Below are positions 63,207 to 64,000 of a stretch of 64,000 bases of DNA, piece after piece; the first letter of the stretch is position 1, and every line of letters starts with the position of its first letter. A model generated the notes under the pieces. The model was not told where the DNA came from and did not search any database. It saw nothing but the letters and a program-made list of their open reading frames with translations. A program made the position numbers and the translations under genes. This stretch comes from Octopus bimaculoides (lineage: Eukaryota): NCBI RefSeq assembly GCF_001194135.2, contig NC_068981.1:84198512-84262511 (forward strand). Reading direction: 5' to 3'.

Positions 63207-63872
63207 GAAAGTCGAGAGGCACTAACCTTTGGGAAAAGATTTCACAAAATGTTTGTGGCTTTTGCTTTTATAGATGTGCAAGCGCTTACAGCTCTTAACG
63301 TTTTCAAGCATGTGTTATTACATATAGTGAAAGTCGTTTTCAGTAAAATTGTTGTCGACTATTTCCGGTTTAGTTTCGGACTCAGAAATCTTATAAAATA
63401 TTCCTCTTTCCCCTTCCGGAGAGGGTCGTTCTCTTCATTTATTTTATGATGAAGGAAAATTTACAATTTTCCCTATGCACAAGTACCCACGATGCAACGA
63501 ACATTATATTGGAGAAACAGAAACGAAACTAACCAATCTGGTAAATGTGCACAGACATCAAATAAAACATCTCACACTTAGATGCATACCATGAAGTGAT
63601 CATTTGGACACCTGTGCACAAGGAAAATATTTCAATTTCCCTCTTCAAATGAAGAGAACGACTTTCTCCGGAAGGCGAAGGAGGAATATTTTATTAGTCC
63701 GAAACTAAACCGGAAATAGTCAACAACAATTTTACTGAAAACAGCTTTCACTATATGTAATAACACATGCTTGAAAATGTTAAGAGCTGTAAGCGCTTGC
63801 AAATCTATAAAAAACAAAAGACACACCCATTTTGTGATATCTCTTCCCAAAGATTAGTGCCTTTCGACTTTC
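63207..63872 (+). mobile_element. Penelope-like element: GIY-YIG C-terminus plus 3' UTR, preceded by an inverted copy of the same 3' end
   Basis: 63481-63719 encodes KYPRCNEHYIGETETKL..VHRHQI..SDHLDTC..EENDFLRKAKEEYFI..PKLNRK*. Arms 63207-63484 and 63610-63872 are inverted copies. Confidence 0.85.
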
Positions 63873-64000
63873 TAAAGAGGTTCTTTTCTCAATCTTAACT
63901 CTTCGAGAAAAAAATCTTCTCTCCAAATATATATATATATATATATTCAACATATATACACATATATAATTTCCTATAGCTATAAGTTAGTACGATATAT

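Noticed and set aside
63720-63790. Possible hammerhead in the 63 kb Penelope 3' UTR (CTGAAAAC...TGAAAA)
   Set aside because: The core deviates in both arms (CTGAAAA) and the helices do not give hammerhead topology.

Overview
This is AT-rich, gap-riddled eukaryotic DNA dominated by repeats. The SINE families, dense microsatellites and GC-rich expanded 18S fragment suggest an octopus (coleoid cephalopod) draft scaffold; that assignment is inference. No intact protein-coding gene is visible, and almost all ORF-track entries are microsatellite or N-gap artefacts. The window holds about 35 copies or fragments of four tRNA-derived SINE families with swappable 3' modules, four R4/Dong-clade LINE fragments, two Tx1/L1-like LINE 3' ends and three Penelope-like (PLE) remnants. 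Two of the PLE remnants have an inverted-3'-end fold-back geometry, and one of those carries a decayed hammerhead-ribozyme core. DNA transposon remnants are a mariner end, a maT (DD37D) fragment fused to an 18S rDNA fragment, a hAT/Charlie MITE resembling primate MER1A/Charlie3 as I recall it, and Helentron-type HINEs. There are also two related solo-LTR-like elements. Weak host-gene signals on the minus strand are a YY1/E-box/NRF1/ETS promoter-like cluster (7.9-8.3 kb) and two small candidate exons. SINE family letters A-D are my own labels. Element boundaries were set by eye and are approximate unless a TSD or TIR fixes them.
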